In this document: piece after piece, positions 30,729 to 41,301 of the stretch | Layout of the letters: every line of letters starts with the position of its first letter | Numbering within the stretch: the first letter of the stretch is position 1 | Assembly (NCBI GenBank): GCA_902475955.1 | Contig: CABSBM010000002.1 | Location: forward strand, 706 to 64,705 | Source of the DNA: an uncultured Oscillibacter sp. | GTDB taxonomy: Bacteria; Bacillota; Clostridia; Oscillospirales; Oscillospiraceae | Direction of reading: 5' to 3' | Length of the DNA: 64,000 bases | The notes under the pieces: generated by a model | What the model saw: only the letters and a program-made list of their open reading frames with translations | Databases searched by the model: none | What the model was told of the DNA's origin: nothing | Translations under genes and position numbers: made by a program

Positions 30729-31883
30729 ATGGCAGCAGAGAATAAACGGGACTACTACGAGGTCCTGGGCGTCCAGAAGGGCGCCAGCGAGGAAGAGATC
30801 AAAAAGGCCTATAAGAAAATGGCCCGGAAATATCACCCCGACCTGAACCCCGGCGACAAGGACGCCGAGGAGAAGTTCAAGGAGGTCAACGAGGCCTACG
30901 AGGTCCTCTCGGACTCCGAGAAGAAGGCCCGCTACGACCAGTTCGGCTTTGCCGGCGTGGACCCCAACTTCGGCGCTGGCGCCGGAGGCTGGGGCGGCGG
31001 CGCCGGCGGCGCGGGCTTTGACTTCGGTGACCTGGGGGACATCTTCGGCAGCTTCTTTGGCGGCGGCTTCGGCGGCGGCCAGACCCGCCGCAACCCCAAC
31101 GCCCCCCAGCGGGGCGAGAGCATCCGCATGAACCTCACCATCAGCTTTGAGGAGGCCGCCTTCGGCTGCGAGAAGGAGCTCACCGTGGACCGCTACGAGA
31201 GCTGCGAGACCTGCCACGGCAGCGGCGCGGCCCCCGGCACCTCCCCCGAGACCTGCCCGGACTGCGGCGGCAGCGGCGTGGTCCAGACCCGGCGGCAGAC
31301 CCCCATGGGCGTCTTCGCCTCCACCGCCCCCTGCTCCCGCTGCGGCGGCCGGGGCAAGATCATCAAGGAGCCCTGCAAGGACTGCCGGGGCAGCGGCGTG
31401 GTCCGCCGCAGCCGTAAGATCCAGGCCAGCGTCCCTGCCGGCATCGACAATGGGCAGACCATCTCCATCCGGGGCCAGGGCCACGCCGGGAAGAACGGCG
31501 GCCCCGCGGGCGACCTTCTCGTGACCATCACCGTCCGGCCCCACGAGCTCTTCCGCCGGGAGGGGACCAGCGTCCTCTGCGAGGCCCCCATCACCTTCCC
31601 CCAGGCGGTGCTGGGCGCCGAGCTGGAGATCCCCACCATCGACGGCAAGGTCAAGTACGACATCCCCGAGGGCACCCAGTCCGGCACCACCTTCCGCCTG
31701 AAGGGCAAGGGCATCCCCGCCCTCAACGGCCGGGGCCGGGGCGACCAGTATGTCACGGTCTACATCGAGACCCCCCGCAACCTCAACCGGGAGCAGAAGG
31801 AGGCCCTGAAGAAGTTCGCCGAGGCCGTGGGCGAGAACAACTACGAGGAGCGGAAGTCCTTCTTCCGGAAGTTCAAGAAGTAA
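30729..31883 (+). CDS. dnaJ: Chaperone DnaJ
   Basis: HPD J-domain, G/F region, four CxxCxGxG repeats. Confidence 0.98.
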   Translation: MAAENKRDYYEVLGVQKGASEEEIKKAYKKMARKYHPDLNPGDKDAEEKFKEVNEAYEVLSDSEKKARYDQFGFAGVDPNFGAGAGGWGGGAGGAGFDFGDLGDIFGSFFGGGFGGGQTRRNPNAPQRGESIRMNLTISFEEAAFGCEKELTVDRYESCETCHGSGAAPGTSPETCPDCGGSGVVQTRRQTPMGVFASTAPCSRCGGRGKIIKEPCKDCRGSGVVRRSRKIQASVPAGIDNGQTISIRGQGHAGKNGGPAGDLLVTITVRPHELFRREGTSVLCEAPITFPQAVLGAELEIPTIDGKVKYDIPEGTQSGTTFRLKGKGIPALNGRGRGDQYVTVYIETPRNLNREQKEALKKFAEAVGENNYEERKSFFRKFKK

Positions 31884-31884
31884 G

Positions 31885-32721
31885 ATGAGAAACGGCAAAT
31901 ATATCACCGATTACCACCTGCACTCCACCATCTCCCCGGACGGCAACAACACCATGACGGAGATGGCGGAGGCCGCCGTGAAGCTGGGCGTCGATGAGCT
32001 CTGCTTCACGGACCACGTGGAGCCCCTCCATTGGCTCAAATGGAACGACCCGCCCCGGGAGAAGGGGAGCTACGATTGGCCTGCCATGGTCCGCCAGTTT
32101 GAGGACGCCAAGGCCGCCCTGGGCGACCGTATCCGCCTTCGCCTGGGGGCGGAGCTGGGGGAGTGCGTCGCCGCCTTCGACGTGGCGGACAGCTTTCTCG
32201 ATACCGCCCCGGCGCTGGATTTCACCATCGGCTCCGTCCACGTCTACCGGCTGGAGAGCGGCGTTTGGGACGATTTCTGCTGGGTGGAGAGCGACGATCC
32301 CACCCGCTGGGACTGGATCGCCGGGCGCTACCTGGACGAGCTGGAGAAGATGGTCTCCTGGGGCCGCTTCACCGTCCTGGGCCACCTGACCCTGCCGGAG
32401 CGCTACGCCTGGGAGCGGCACCAGGTCCCCCTGAGCTTCGACCGCTATGAGGAGCGCCTGCGGGCCATCCTGAAAGCCGCCATCGACCGGGGCCTCGGCA
32501 TCGAGCTCAACAGCAACCGGGGCAACGCCCCTCTGCCGGGGGAGAAGTGGCTGAAGATCTACCGGGAGCTGGGCGGCGAGATCATCACCCTGGGCAGCGA
32601 CGCTCACCGCCCAGCGCACATCGCCTGCGCCATGGAGGAGCGGCAGGAGCTTCTGAAAGCCTGCGGCTTTACCGCCTTCTGCGCCTTTGACGCCGGTCAG
32701 CCCGTCTTCCACAAGCTCTGA
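31885..32721 (+). CDS. PHP-family (HisJ/HisK-type) histidinol-phosphatase-like protein
   Basis: DYHLHS, FTDH, GSVH, TLGSDAH motifs. Confidence 0.85.
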   Translation: MRNGKYITDYHLHSTISPDGNNTMTEMAEAAVKLGVDELCFTDHVEPLHWLKWNDPPREKGSYDWPAMVRQFEDAKAALGDRIRLRLGAELGECVAAFDVADSFLDTAPALDFTIGSVHVYRLESGVWDDFCWVESDDPTRWDWIAGRYLDELEKMVSWGRFTVLGHLTLPERYAWERHQVPLSFDRYEERLRAILKAAIDRGLGIELNSNRGNAPLPGEKWLKIYRELGGEIITLGSDAHRPAHIACAMEERQELLKACGFTAFCAFDAGQPVFHKL

Positions 32722-32837
32722 GCGGAGAATTTACAATTCGTTCCTTGCATCCCGGGGAAAAACGGGGTAAAATACGAAAAAACGCCCCGGCGGACCGGGG
32801 GACAGCGCCCGGAAGGGCGCGGAAAAGGAGCACAGTT

Positions 32838-33281
32838 ATGATGAAGATCGCACTGGGCAGCGACCACGGCGGCTACGCCCTGAAGTGTAAGATCAAGGAG
32901 CACCTGGAAGGCCAGGGCTACGAGTGCGTGGACTTCGGCTGCCACAGTCTCGAGAGCTGCGATTACCCCGACTTCGGCGAGGCCGCGGCCCGTGCCGTGG
33001 CGGCGGGGGACTGCCCCCGGGGCATCGTCATCTGCACCACCGGCATCGGCATCTCCATGGCCGCCAACAAGGTCCATGGCATCCGCTGCGCCCACTGTGC
33101 GGACACCGTGGAGGCCCGCCTGACCCGGGAGCACAACGACGCCAACATGATGGCCATCGGCGCCGGCTTCACCGGCGAGCTCCTGGCCCTGGAGATGGTG
33201 GATGTCTTCCTGAACACCCCCTTCTCCGAGGGGGAGCGCCATGCCCGCCGGGTGGCCAAGGTCAACGCCATCCAGCCCTGA
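32838..33281 (+). CDS. rpiB: Ribose-5-phosphate isomerase B
   Basis: GSDHGG, DYPD, CTTGIGISMAANKV, REHNDAN, RHARRV. Confidence 0.95.
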   Translation: MMKIALGSDHGGYALKCKIKEHLEGQGYECVDFGCHSLESCDYPDFGEAAARAVAAGDCPRGIVICTTGIGISMAANKVHGIRCAHCADTVEARLTREHNDANMMAIGAGFTGELLALEMVDVFLNTPFSEGERHARRVAKVNAIQP

Positions 33282-33328
33282 TATCCCCGGCGGGAGTTCC
33301 CGCCTGACCCCTGGAAGGAGGAATCCCC

Positions 33329-34330
33329 GTGGCGACAAGAGGCTACAGCGGCTATAAGGGCCGCAAATCCCCCTGGAAGATCGTGGCGGCCATCCTGCTG
33401 GTGCTGGTGATCCTGGCGGCGGCAGGCGTCCTGATGCTGCAGAAATACCTGGTCTATGACGCCTCCGGCACGCCCCACCTGCGCCTGCCGGGGCAGGAGG
33501 AGATCAAGACCCCCTCGTCCTCCGGCGGTGCCTCGTCCTCCGGGGACTTGGGCCCGGTGGATGTCACCATCGACCTGCCGGAGCGGCAGAGCGTCCTGGG
33601 CTACCTCCTGACAGCCCCCAACGCCGATCTCACGCCCTATCTGGCTCTGGACGGCGACCTGAACGCCGTGGCCGTCACCCTGAAGGGGGCGGACGGCCAG
33701 CTCCGGACCGACTGGCAGGACGACGAGACTCTGAAGAGCGTCCTCTCCGACGAGAGCCGCCACACCATCGCCCGGATCTCCTGCTTCCTGGACGGGGCCA
33801 ACGCCCGGAGCCAGGTGAAGGAGATGGGCCTGGAGAATACCGGCGGCTACATCTTCTACGACGCCACCAACCGCAATTGGCTGGATCCCGGCAAGCCCGC
33901 CGCCCGGGAATTCCTGCTGGACCTCATCCGTCAGGCCGCCGAGGCGGGCTTTGATGAGATTTTGCTGACGGAGGTTTTCTACCCCACGGAAGGGAAGCTG
34001 GATAAGATCGCCTACTCCGCCGATCGGACCGAGAGCCTCACCCTCTTCCTGACGGAGGCCAAGGGGCTTCTTGCGGACTACCCCGGCGTCACCCTCTCCG
34101 TGGCCGTGACGGATACCCTCCTCCTGGACGGGGAGGACGAGACCAGCGGCCAGTCCCTCTCCGGCTTCGCCGCCCTGGCGGATGCCATCTACGCCCTCTG
34201 CGAGGGCGGGGACTATGAGGCCGCCAAGGCCGCCGTGGCAGAGGCCGCCGGCGGCAAGACCACCGCCTTCGTGGCCCTCTTCGACGGCGTGGGCTATCCG
34301 CCGGAGGAGTATTTGATCCCCGAAGCGTAA
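33329..34330 (+). CDS. Membrane-anchored putative glycoside hydrolase (DUF4015-like)
   Basis: N-terminal TM; IARISCFLD, WLDP, AGFDEI pattern. Confidence 0.6.
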   Translation: MATRGYSGYKGRKSPWKIVAAILLVLVILAAAGVLMLQKYLVYDASGTPHLRLPGQEEIKTPSSSGGASSSGDLGPVDVTIDLPERQSVLGYLLTAPNADLTPYLALDGDLNAVAVTLKGADGQLRTDWQDDETLKSVLSDESRHTIARISCFLDGANARSQVKEMGLENTGGYIFYDATNRNWLDPGKPAAREFLLDLIRQAAEAGFDEILLTEVFYPTEGKLDKIAYSADRTESLTLFLTEAKGLLADYPGVTLSVAVTDTLLLDGEDETSGQSLSGFAALADAIYALCEGGDYEAAKAAVAEAAGGKTTAFVALFDGVGYPPEEYLIPEA

Positions 34331-34334
34331 AAAC

Positions 34335-34360
34335 CAAGGGCCGCCGAAAGGCGGCCCTTG
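34335..34360. terminator. Hairpin between convergent genes
   Basis: CAAGGGCCGCC-gaaa-GGCGGCCCTTG. Confidence 0.7.
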
Positions 34361-34366
34361 TCCGTA

Positions 34367-35080
34367 TCATAGCTCCCAGCTCTGGGGCTCCCGCGTTACC
34401 GGTAGAACGTGTCCCGCCTGCTCCGGGTGCTTTTGGAGGAAGCGCTCCGTGGGGGAGTAGTCCTCCCACTGGTGCATGGGGATGACGGTCCCCAGCTCCG
34501 CCAGGTCCAGGAGGTAGCGGAGCCCCCAGTCCTCGGCCTCCTTCAGCCGCCCGTCCAGGGGGACGAAGGCAAGGTCGATCCTCCGCCCCCGCAGGGGCTC
34601 CGTGAAGGCCTTGAAGTTGGCCGCCATGGTGCCGTTGTCGGCTTTGGGCTCCCCCTCCCAGTGCCACCAGTGGAGGTCCCCGGCGTGGTAGATGGTCTTC
34701 CCATCCGCCGTCACCAGGTACGCGACTCCGGCGTCTGTGGACCGCAGGGCCTCCACCCGGACGCCGGGGATAGCCTCGAAGTCGTCCCCGCCCCGGACCA
34801 GGCGGCACTTGGCGGCGGTGGCCTCGCTGACGCCCCAGCGGGCCATGCTGCCGCGCCCTAAGTGGATGCCCTTCCCTAGGAAAAACCGGATCGCCCGCCG
34901 CCCGTTATCCAGGGGGAAGATATGGGGGTCGAAGTGGTCCTCGTGGCCGTGGCTCACAAAGACCAGCAGGGGCTTCTCCGCCCGCAATGGCGGCAGCTCC
35001 CCCTTCCACCAGTCAAAGAGCAGGGTGACGGAGGGCAGCTCCACCAGGAAGCCGCTGTGGGCGAGATAGGTAACACGCAT
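34367..35080 (-). CDS. MBL-fold metallo-hydrolase
   Basis: HSGF, SHGHEDH, YHAGD, PMH motifs. Confidence 0.85.
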   Translation of the reverse strand: MRVTYLAHSGFLVELPSVTLLFDWWKGELPPLRAEKPLLVFVSHGHEDHFDPHIFPLDNGRRAIRFFLGKGIHLGRGSMARWGVSEATAAKCRLVRGGDDFEAIPGVRVEALRSTDAGVAYLVTADGKTIYHAGDLHWWHWEGEPKADNGTMAANFKAFTEPLRGRRIDLAFVPLDGRLKEAEDWGLRYLLDLAELGTVIPMHQWEDYSPTERFLQKHPEQAGHVLPVTREPQSWEL

Positions 35081-35189
35081 GGGATTCTCCTTCTCCGGCG
35101 GGGCCGGGTAAAATCTTGACAGGAAGGCCCTGCCGTGGAACCGTGCGAAAGGCGTTGCCAGCGGCGGGGAGCTGTGGTACTATCATAGC

Positions 35190-36272
35190 ATGAAAACGAC
35201 CGAATTGACAACCGAAGAAGTGCTCTCCGCCTTCGGCCAGCGGCTGCTGCCCTGGTTTTACCAGGCGGCCCGGGACCTCCCCTGGCGGCACACCGACGAT
35301 CCCTACGCCATCTGGGTCTCAGAGATCATGCTCCAGCAGACCCGGGTGGCGGCGGTGCTGGGGTACTATGACCGCTTCCTTGCGGCCTTCCCCACGGTGG
35401 AGGTTTTGGCCCAGGCCCCGGAGGAGCGGCTCATGAAGCTCTGGGAGGGCCTTGGCTACTACAGCCGGGCCCGAAACCTCCAGCGCTGCGCGAAGATGGT
35501 GTCCGGGGAGCTGGGCGGCCGCTTCCCGGAGACCTACGAGGGCCTTTTGAAGCTCCCCGGCGTCGGGGACTATACGGCGGCGGCGGTGGCCTCCGCCGCC
35601 TTTGGCCAACGCTGCCCGGCGGTGGACGGCAATGTCTACCGGGTCCTGACCCGCCTGACGGACTGCCCGGACTCCATCGGGGATACCGCCGTCAAGCGCC
35701 GGATCCGGGACTGGGCCGAGTCCGCCATGCCCCAGGATAAGCGCGGCATCCGCCTCTATAACCAGGCCACCATGGACCTGGGGGCCACCGTCTGCATCCC
35801 TGTGGGCGCTCCCCGCTGCGATGTCTGCCCCATGGCGGAGGTCTGCCTTGCCCGCCTCCGGGGAACGGCGGAAAACCGCCCCGTCAAGGCCCCCAAAAAG
35901 CCCCGGAAGGTGGAGGAGCGCACCGTCTTCGTCCTTCTCCGGGGGGAGGAGACCGCCCTCCGGAAGCGAGGGGCCAGGGGCCTCCTCGCGGGCCTCTGGG
36001 AGTTCCCCAATGTGGCGGGCAAGCTGACGGAAGCCCAGGTGACGGAGGCCCTGGGCCTCTGGGGCCTCACGGTGAAGGACTGGCGCCGGCGCCTCACCGC
36101 CCGGCACATCTTCACCCATGTGGAGTGGGATATGCTCTGCTATGTGCTGGAGGTGGAAGGTGACGGTCCGGATCTCACCTGGCTGGACCGGGCGGGCTTC
36201 GCCCAGGCGGCGCTGCCCTCGGCCTTCCGCCGCTGTACGGAAGCTCTGCAAGAACGATGGGAGGGACAGTAA
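35190..36272 (+). CDS. mutY: A/G-specific adenine glycosylase
   Basis: WVSEIMLQQT, GLGYYSRARNL, LPGVGDYTA, VDGNV, 4Fe-4S Cys cluster, GLWEFP. Confidence 0.95.
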   Translation: MKTTELTTEEVLSAFGQRLLPWFYQAARDLPWRHTDDPYAIWVSEIMLQQTRVAAVLGYYDRFLAAFPTVEVLAQAPEERLMKLWEGLGYYSRARNLQRCAKMVSGELGGRFPETYEGLLKLPGVGDYTAAAVASAAFGQRCPAVDGNVYRVLTRLTDCPDSIGDTAVKRRIRDWAESAMPQDKRGIRLYNQATMDLGATVCIPVGAPRCDVCPMAEVCLARLRGTAENRPVKAPKKPRKVEERTVFVLLRGEETALRKRGARGLLAGLWEFPNVAGKLTEAQVTEALGLWGLTVKDWRRRLTARHIFTHVEWDMLCYVLEVEGDGPDLTWLDRAGFAQAALPSAFRRCTEALQERWEGQ

Positions 36273-36560
36273 ATGAGCCTGATTTTCGGATTCCTCAAGC
36301 TCCTGGGGGGACTGCTGGTCCTCCTGCTGCGTCTGGCGCTTCCCATCGCCATCATCGTCTTCGCCATCTGGCTCATCCGCCGGGGCGCCTCCGGCGGGAC
36401 GAAGCGCGATACCGGCGGGGCCACCCAGCGCCAGGACCCCAAGCCCCACTTCAAGGGCCCCGTCATGACCGTCTCCTACCGGGAGGTCAAGGACGAAAAG
36501 GACAGTAAAAGCGACAAAAGATACGAAAAAAGCGATGAAAACGGGGAGGGCCAGGCATGA
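36273..36560 (+). CDS. Small hypothetical membrane protein
   Basis: Coupled to mutY stop; hydrophobic N-terminus; GGGAGG RBS. Confidence 0.65.
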   Translation: MSLIFGFLKLLGGLLVLLLRLALPIAIIVFAIWLIRRGASGGTKRDTGGATQRQDPKPHFKGPVMTVSYREVKDEKDSKSDKRYEKSDENGEGQA

Positions 36561-36733
36561 GACTTCTGAACCTGGCCCTCCTTGCCCTGCTCTTCCTGCT
36601 GCTGCGCAAGCTCTGCTGGTGCCTCCGCTGGCTCTGGTGCTGGCGGCACGGCAAGCCCACGCCGGAGCCGATCTCCTTCCTGCCCCGGCGCAGCGGGCGA
36701 CAGTTTGAGGAGCATATTGAAAGGGAGGAATGA
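36557..36733 (+). CDS. 58-aa small membrane protein (MRLLNLALLALLFLLLRKLCWCLRWLWCWRHG...)
   Basis: Hand-translated; ATGA overlap with upstream stop, GGAGGG RBS, ends 3 nt before pfkB-family start. Confidence 0.6.
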   Translation: MRLLNLALLALLFLLLRKLCWCLRWLWCWRHGKPTPEPISFLPRRSGRQFEEHIEREE

Positions 36734-36736
36734 CCC

Positions 36737-37669
36737 ATGAAGACCCTGATCCTGGGCTCCACGGTGGTGGATGTGATCCTCCGCCTGCCCCGGCTCCCCC
36801 GGAGCCAGGAGTCCCGCAACATCTACCACCAGGAGCTCCGCCTGGGCGGCTGCGCCTTCAACGCCTCGGAGGCCCTGCGCCGCTTCGGGGCGGACTACAC
36901 CCTGTTCTCCCCCATCGGCGGCGGAGTCTACGGGGACTATGTCCGCCGGGAGCTGGGAAAGCTGGGGGTCTCCAGCCCCATCCCTGCCCCGGCGGCGGAG
37001 AACGGCTGCTGCTACTGCTTCGTGGAGGAGGGCGGCGAGCGGACCTTTATCTCCTACCACGGGGCGGAGTACCGCTTCGAGAAGCCCTGGTTCGACGCCC
37101 TCCACGCCGCCGACTATTCCGCCGCCTACCTCTGCGCCCTGGAGGTGGAGGAGGAAGGCGGGGAGAACCTTTTGGACTTCCTGGAAGCCCACCCGGACCT
37201 TCCCGTCTGGTTCGCCCCCGGTCCCCGGCTCGCCGCCCTGCGGGAGGAGCGCTTCCGCCGCTGCCTTGCCCTCCATCCCACCCTGCACCTGAACGAGGGG
37301 GAATCCCTGGAGACCGCCCGCCGCTGCGGAAAGACGGCGGCCACGCCGGAGGAGGCCGCCCGTGCCCTCCACGCCGTCACCGGCTCCCCGGTGATCGTCA
37401 CCCTGGGGGGTGACGGCTGCCTCTACGAGACCGGGACGGAGCGGGGCCACATCCCCCCGGTGAAGACGGCGGTGGCGGACACCATCGGCGCCGGGGACGC
37501 CCACGTGGGCGCCCTCATGGCCCGCCAGGCCCTGGGGGACGACTGGCGCACCGCCCTCACCATTGCCAACCACTACGCCGCCGCCGTCACCGCCGTCACC
37601 GGGGCCCAGCTGGGGGACGGCGACTTCGCCGCCCTGAAAGAGCGCCTCACCCGGGAGGGCCTGCTATGA
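36737..37669 (+). CDS. PfkB-family carbohydrate/nucleoside kinase
   Basis: GGCAFN, VTLGGDG, DTIGAGDAH. Confidence 0.9.
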   Translation: MKTLILGSTVVDVILRLPRLPRSQESRNIYHQELRLGGCAFNASEALRRFGADYTLFSPIGGGVYGDYVRRELGKLGVSSPIPAPAAENGCCYCFVEEGGERTFISYHGAEYRFEKPWFDALHAADYSAAYLCALEVEEEGGENLLDFLEAHPDLPVWFAPGPRLAALREERFRRCLALHPTLHLNEGESLETARRCGKTAATPEEAARALHAVTGSPVIVTLGGDGCLYETGTERGHIPPVKTAVADTIGAGDAHVGALMARQALGDDWRTALTIANHYAAAVTAVTGAQLGDGDFAALKERLTREGLL

Positions 37670-38535
37670 TCTGCGCCCTCTGCCCCCGGAACTGCGGCGC
37701 GGAGCGGACCGGGACGAAGGCCGGTGGTTACTGCGCCATGCCCAGCCTGCCGAGAGCGGCGAAAGCCATGCTCCACCTCTGGGAGGAGCCCTGCCTCGTG
37801 GGGGAGCACGGGGCCGGGACGGTCTTCTTCTCCGGCTGCAACCTCCGCTGCCGCTTCTGCCAGAACGGCGTCATCTCCCAGGGCGGAGAGGGCATCCCCG
37901 TCACGCCGGAGCGCCTGAGGGAGATCTACTGGGAGCTCATCCGCCAGGGTGCGGCCTGCGTTGACCTGGTGACCCCCACCCACTTTACGGACGCCATCCT
38001 GGAATCCCTCTCCGAGCCCCTGCCGGTGCCCGTGGTCTGGAACAGCGGCGGCTATGAAAAGCCCGAGACCCTGCGGCGGCTCCAAGGCAAGGTCCAGATC
38101 TACCTCCCGGACCTCAAGTACGCCCTGCCGGGCCCCGCCAAGGCCTACTCCGGGGCGGAGGACTACTTTGACTGGGCCAGCGCCGCCATTTTAGAGATGT
38201 TCCGCCAGACCGGCCCCTACCGCATGGAAAATGGCCTCCTTCGCTCCGGCGTCGTCATCCGCCACCTGCTGCTCCCCGGCGAGGCGGAGAACACCCGCCG
38301 CTGCATCGACTGGGTGGCGGAGACCTTCCGCCCTGGGGACGTGCTCTTCTCCCTCATGAGCCAGTATACCCCCCAGCCGGGGGCGGAGGGAAAGCTTGCC
38401 CGCCGGGTGACGAGGGCCGAGTACCGCGCCGCGGCGGAGTACATGGCCAACTGCTGCATCACCGACGGCTACACCCAGGAGCGCACCTCCGCCCGGGAGG
38501 AGTACACTCCGGATTTCGACCTCTCCGGCCTTTGA
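37666..38535 (+). CDS. Radical SAM protein, PflX-like
   Basis: CALCPRNC, FSGCNLRCRFCQN, LVTPTH, YLPDLKY, IRHLLLP, MSQYTP. Confidence 0.85.
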   Translation: MICALCPRNCGAERTGTKAGGYCAMPSLPRAAKAMLHLWEEPCLVGEHGAGTVFFSGCNLRCRFCQNGVISQGGEGIPVTPERLREIYWELIRQGAACVDLVTPTHFTDAILESLSEPLPVPVVWNSGGYEKPETLRRLQGKVQIYLPDLKYALPGPAKAYSGAEDYFDWASAAILEMFRQTGPYRMENGLLRSGVVIRHLLLPGEAENTRRCIDWVAETFRPGDVLFSLMSQYTPQPGAEGKLARRVTRAEYRAAAEYMANCCITDGYTQERTSAREEYTPDFDLSGL

Positions 38536-38553
38536 CCTCCCGCTTTTTCAGCG

Positions 38554-38594
38554 AAAAATCCCCCGGCGCCGCGGCGCCGGGGGATTCCTTTTTT
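38554..38594. terminator. Bidirectional terminator
   Basis: AATCCCCCGGCGCC-gc-GGCGCCGGGGGATT with A- and T-runs. Confidence 0.8.
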
Positions 38595-38600
38595 CTCGCG

Positions 38601-39104
38601 TTACCGCTGGATGGCGGGGAACTCCTTCTGCACGGCGCTGCTCCGGCCCAGGGCGGCGGAGAGCAGCCAGAAGGCGGCGATGCCGAAGGCCGCCTGCATG
38701 AGGTTGGAGGGGATGCCCACGGCGGCGCCCATGAGGGAGCCGGTCAGCATACCGTCAAAGACCCAGTACCCCACGATCATCAGAGCCTCGGCGGGCAGGG
38801 TGGGCAGGAGACGGCCCTTTCCCTTGCGCAGCAGCAGCCCCGCGATGATGGCCATGCCGCCCTTGATGAGCAGCGTCGCCGGGGCGTAGAGGGGATAGCC
38901 GATGAGGTCCGCCAGGGCGGAGCCGATGCCGGCGGCGGCAGCCCCATACCAGGGCCCCAGGAGCCAGGCGGAGAGCAGGACCAGAGTGTCGCCCAGGTTC
39001 ATGTAGCCGCCGCTGGGGGAGGGGACGCGGACCACCATGGTGGCGGCGCAGGTGAGGGCGGCCAGAACGCCGGTGATGGCGATGATACGGGCTTTTCGCT
39101 GCAC
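38601..39104 (-). CDS. ECF transporter S component
   Basis: GGYMNLGD, GIGSALADL, APATLLIKG, NLMQ motifs. Confidence 0.85.
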   Translation of the reverse strand: MQRKARIIAITGVLAALTCAATMVVRVPSPSGGYMNLGDTLVLLSAWLLGPWYGAAAAGIGSALADLIGYPLYAPATLLIKGGMAIIAGLLLRKGKGRLLPTLPAEALMIVGYWVFDGMLTGSLMGAAVGIPSNLMQAAFGIAAFWLLSAALGRSSAVQKEFPAIQR

Positions 39105-39324
39105 AGAGAAGACCTTCTTTCAAAAATGGTATGAAGAATGAGCTTTGCGAGTCTGCCATACCATATCACAGTTCGCCCAGTTTGTAAACCCCCTTTTCAA
39201 CCTATTATTTTGGTATGTTGATAGTTTTCCCAGATACCCGCCCCCGCCGCGGCTGATACCGCCCCCGCCGCCCTGGGGAAAAGCGGAAAAAAGCCCCGGA
39301 GGCTTCCGCCTCCGGGGCCGCTTC

Positions 39325-39978
39325 TCAGCGCAGGATCTCGGTGGTCTGGGCCATGGTGGTCATGGCCTCCAGCACCAGGGCCTTCTGCTCGGCCGCATAG
39401 TAGGTGCCGGTGTAGAGGCACAGCTGCCCGTCCACCACCACGTAGAGCAGCAGCTGGTCCGTGTCCGGGATGGCGGTGATGGCCTCCCGGCCGCCCATCT
39501 GCTCCAGCCAGGCCTCGGTCCAGGCGCCGTTGTCCAGCATCCAGTCCACGGTCTCGTCGGTGAAGGACAGGGTCTCCTCCATGTAGATGACGGGGCTGCC
39601 GTTGAGGCTCAGGACCTTGGCCTCCGTGATGTTCATGAAGGGTCCTTCCTCGGCGATGCTGTCCACCAGGTCGTCCTTGTCGGACTCACTGAGGCTGCCC
39701 TTCCAGGAGCTGGAGATCTGGGCGTTGATGTTGACGGCCTGGTCGGAACTCGCCGTCTCCTGATAGTAAACGGAGAGGGGGTCGGTGTTGGGCTCCGCCA
39801 CCCAGTCCGCCTTGGGGAAGCTGACCTTCAGGCTGGAGTTCTCGGCGGATTCCAGCTCCATGGCGCTGGTGTCCACCGCCGCGAGCTCCGGGTAGTCCAC
39901 GCTGGGCTCGCTGCCGCAGCCCGCCAGCAGACCCAGGCACAGCGCCAGCGCCAGCAGCAGGGAAAGGTGTCTTCTCAT
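39325..39978 (-). CDS. Hypothetical lipoprotein
   Basis: Lipobox LLAGC; acidic soluble domain; AAGGAG RBS. Confidence 0.75.
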   Translation of the reverse strand: MRRHLSLLLALALCLGLLAGCGSEPSVDYPELAAVDTSAMELESAENSSLKVSFPKADWVAEPNTDPLSVYYQETASSDQAVNINAQISSSWKGSLSESDKDDLVDSIAEEGPFMNITEAKVLSLNGSPVIYMEETLSFTDETVDWMLDNGAWTEAWLEQMGGREAITAIPDTDQLLLYVVVDGQLCLYTGTYYAAEQKALVLEAMTTMAQTTEILR

Positions 39979-40035
39979 TCTGAAAGTTCTCCTTTATCTC
40001 GTTATTCTGCCGGGGACAGACCGTCCCCGGGGGAT

Positions 40036-41301
40036 TCAGCACTTCTCGAAAACCGTGGCGGTGCCCATGCCGCCGCCGATGCAGAGGGTGGCCATGCCCC
40101 GCCTGGCCTCGGGACGCTTGGCCATCTCGTGGAGCAGGGTCACGATGATCCGGGCGCCGGAGCAGCCGATGGGGTGCCCCAGGGCGATGGCTCCGCCGTT
40201 GACGTTGAGCTTGGCGTCGTCCAGCCCCAGCTCCCGTGCCACCGCCACGGACTGGGCGGCGAAGGCCTCATTGGCCTCCACGAGATCGATGTCCGCGACG
40301 CCCACCCCGGCCTTTTCCATGGCCTTGCGGCAGGCGGGCACCGGGCCCACGCCCATGATCTTGGGGTCCACCCCCGCCTGGCCCCAGCCGATGAGCTTCG
40401 CCATGGGGGTGAGACCGTACTTCTTCACGGCTTCGCCGCTGGCCACGATCAGTGCGGCGCCGCCGTCGTTGAGGCCGGAGGCGTTGGCCGCCGTCACCCG
40501 CTGGACGCGCTTGCCGCAGTGCTCTTCATGGACCGCCTCCGGGGAGGGCTCGAAGGTGTGGACCACCGTCTCACTGAGATCCTCCGGCCCTACGGGGAAG
40601 GCCCCCCGGAGCTTCGCCACGCTCTCGGCGGTGGTGCCGGGCTTGGGATACTCGTCCACGGCGAAGTCCACGGTCTCGCGCTTCCGGCGGACGGGCACGG
40701 GAACGATCTCGTCGGCGAAGCGCCCGCTCTCAATGGCCGCCACGGCCTTCTGCTGGGACGCCGCCGCGAAGGCGTCCAGCTCCTGCCGGGTGATGCCCCA
40801 GAGGTCGCAGACGTTCTCCGCCGTGGTGCCCATGTGGTAGTCGTTGTAGGCGTCCCAGAGACCGTCCCGGATCATGGTGTCGATCATGGTCACGTCCCCC
40901 ATCCGGGCGCCGAAGCGGGTCTGGTTGGAGGCGTAGGCCGCCCGGCTCATGCTCTCGGCGCCGCCGCAGACGATGAGCTCCGCGTCCTCCGCCCGGATGG
41001 CACGGGCGGCCTCCATCACAGTCTTCATGCCGGAGCCGCAGACCATGTTCAGGGTGAAGGCCGGGACGGAGTAGGGGATCCCCGCCCGGATGCCAACCTG
41101 GCGGGCCACGTTCTGGCCGAGACCCGCGGTGAGGACGCCGCCGAAGATGACCTCGTCCACCCACTCCGGCTTGACGTTTGCCCGCCGCAGGGCTTCCTTC
41201 ACGGCGATGGCCCCCAGCTCCACGGCGGGGGTATCCTTCAGCGCGCCGCCGTAGCTCCCGATGGGGGTGCGGCAGCAGTTCACGATGTAAACTTCCTTCA
41301 T
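40036..41301 (-). CDS. Acetyl-CoA C-acetyltransferase (thiolase)
   Basis: [28 protein letters not shown] motifs. Confidence 0.95.
   Translation of the reverse strand: MKEVYIVNCCRTPIGSYGGALKDTPAVELGAIAVKEALRRANVKPEWVDEVIFGGVLTAGLGQNVARQVGIRAGIPYSVPAFTLNMVCGSGMKTVMEAARAIRAEDAELIVCGGAESMSRAAYASNQTRFGARMGDVTMIDTMIRDGLWDAYNDYHMGTTAENVCDLWGITRQELDAFAAASQQKAVAAIESGRFADEIVPVPVRRKRETVDFAVDEYPKPGTTAESVAKLRGAFPVGPEDLSETVVHTFEPSPEAVHEEHCGKRVQRVTAANASGLNDGGAALIVASGEAVKKYGLTPMAKLIGWGQAGVDPKIMGVGPVPACRKAMEKAGVGVADIDLVEANEAFAAQSVAVARELGLDDAKLNVNGGAIALGHPIGCSGARIIVTLLHEMAKRPEARRGMATLCIGGGMGTATVFEKC

Noticed and set aside
37666..38535. Second radical SAM gene as a possible RiPP maturase
   Set aside because: PflX-like; no SPASM or RRE domain and no adjacent precursor-like peptide (the 58-aa ORF is a TM protein).
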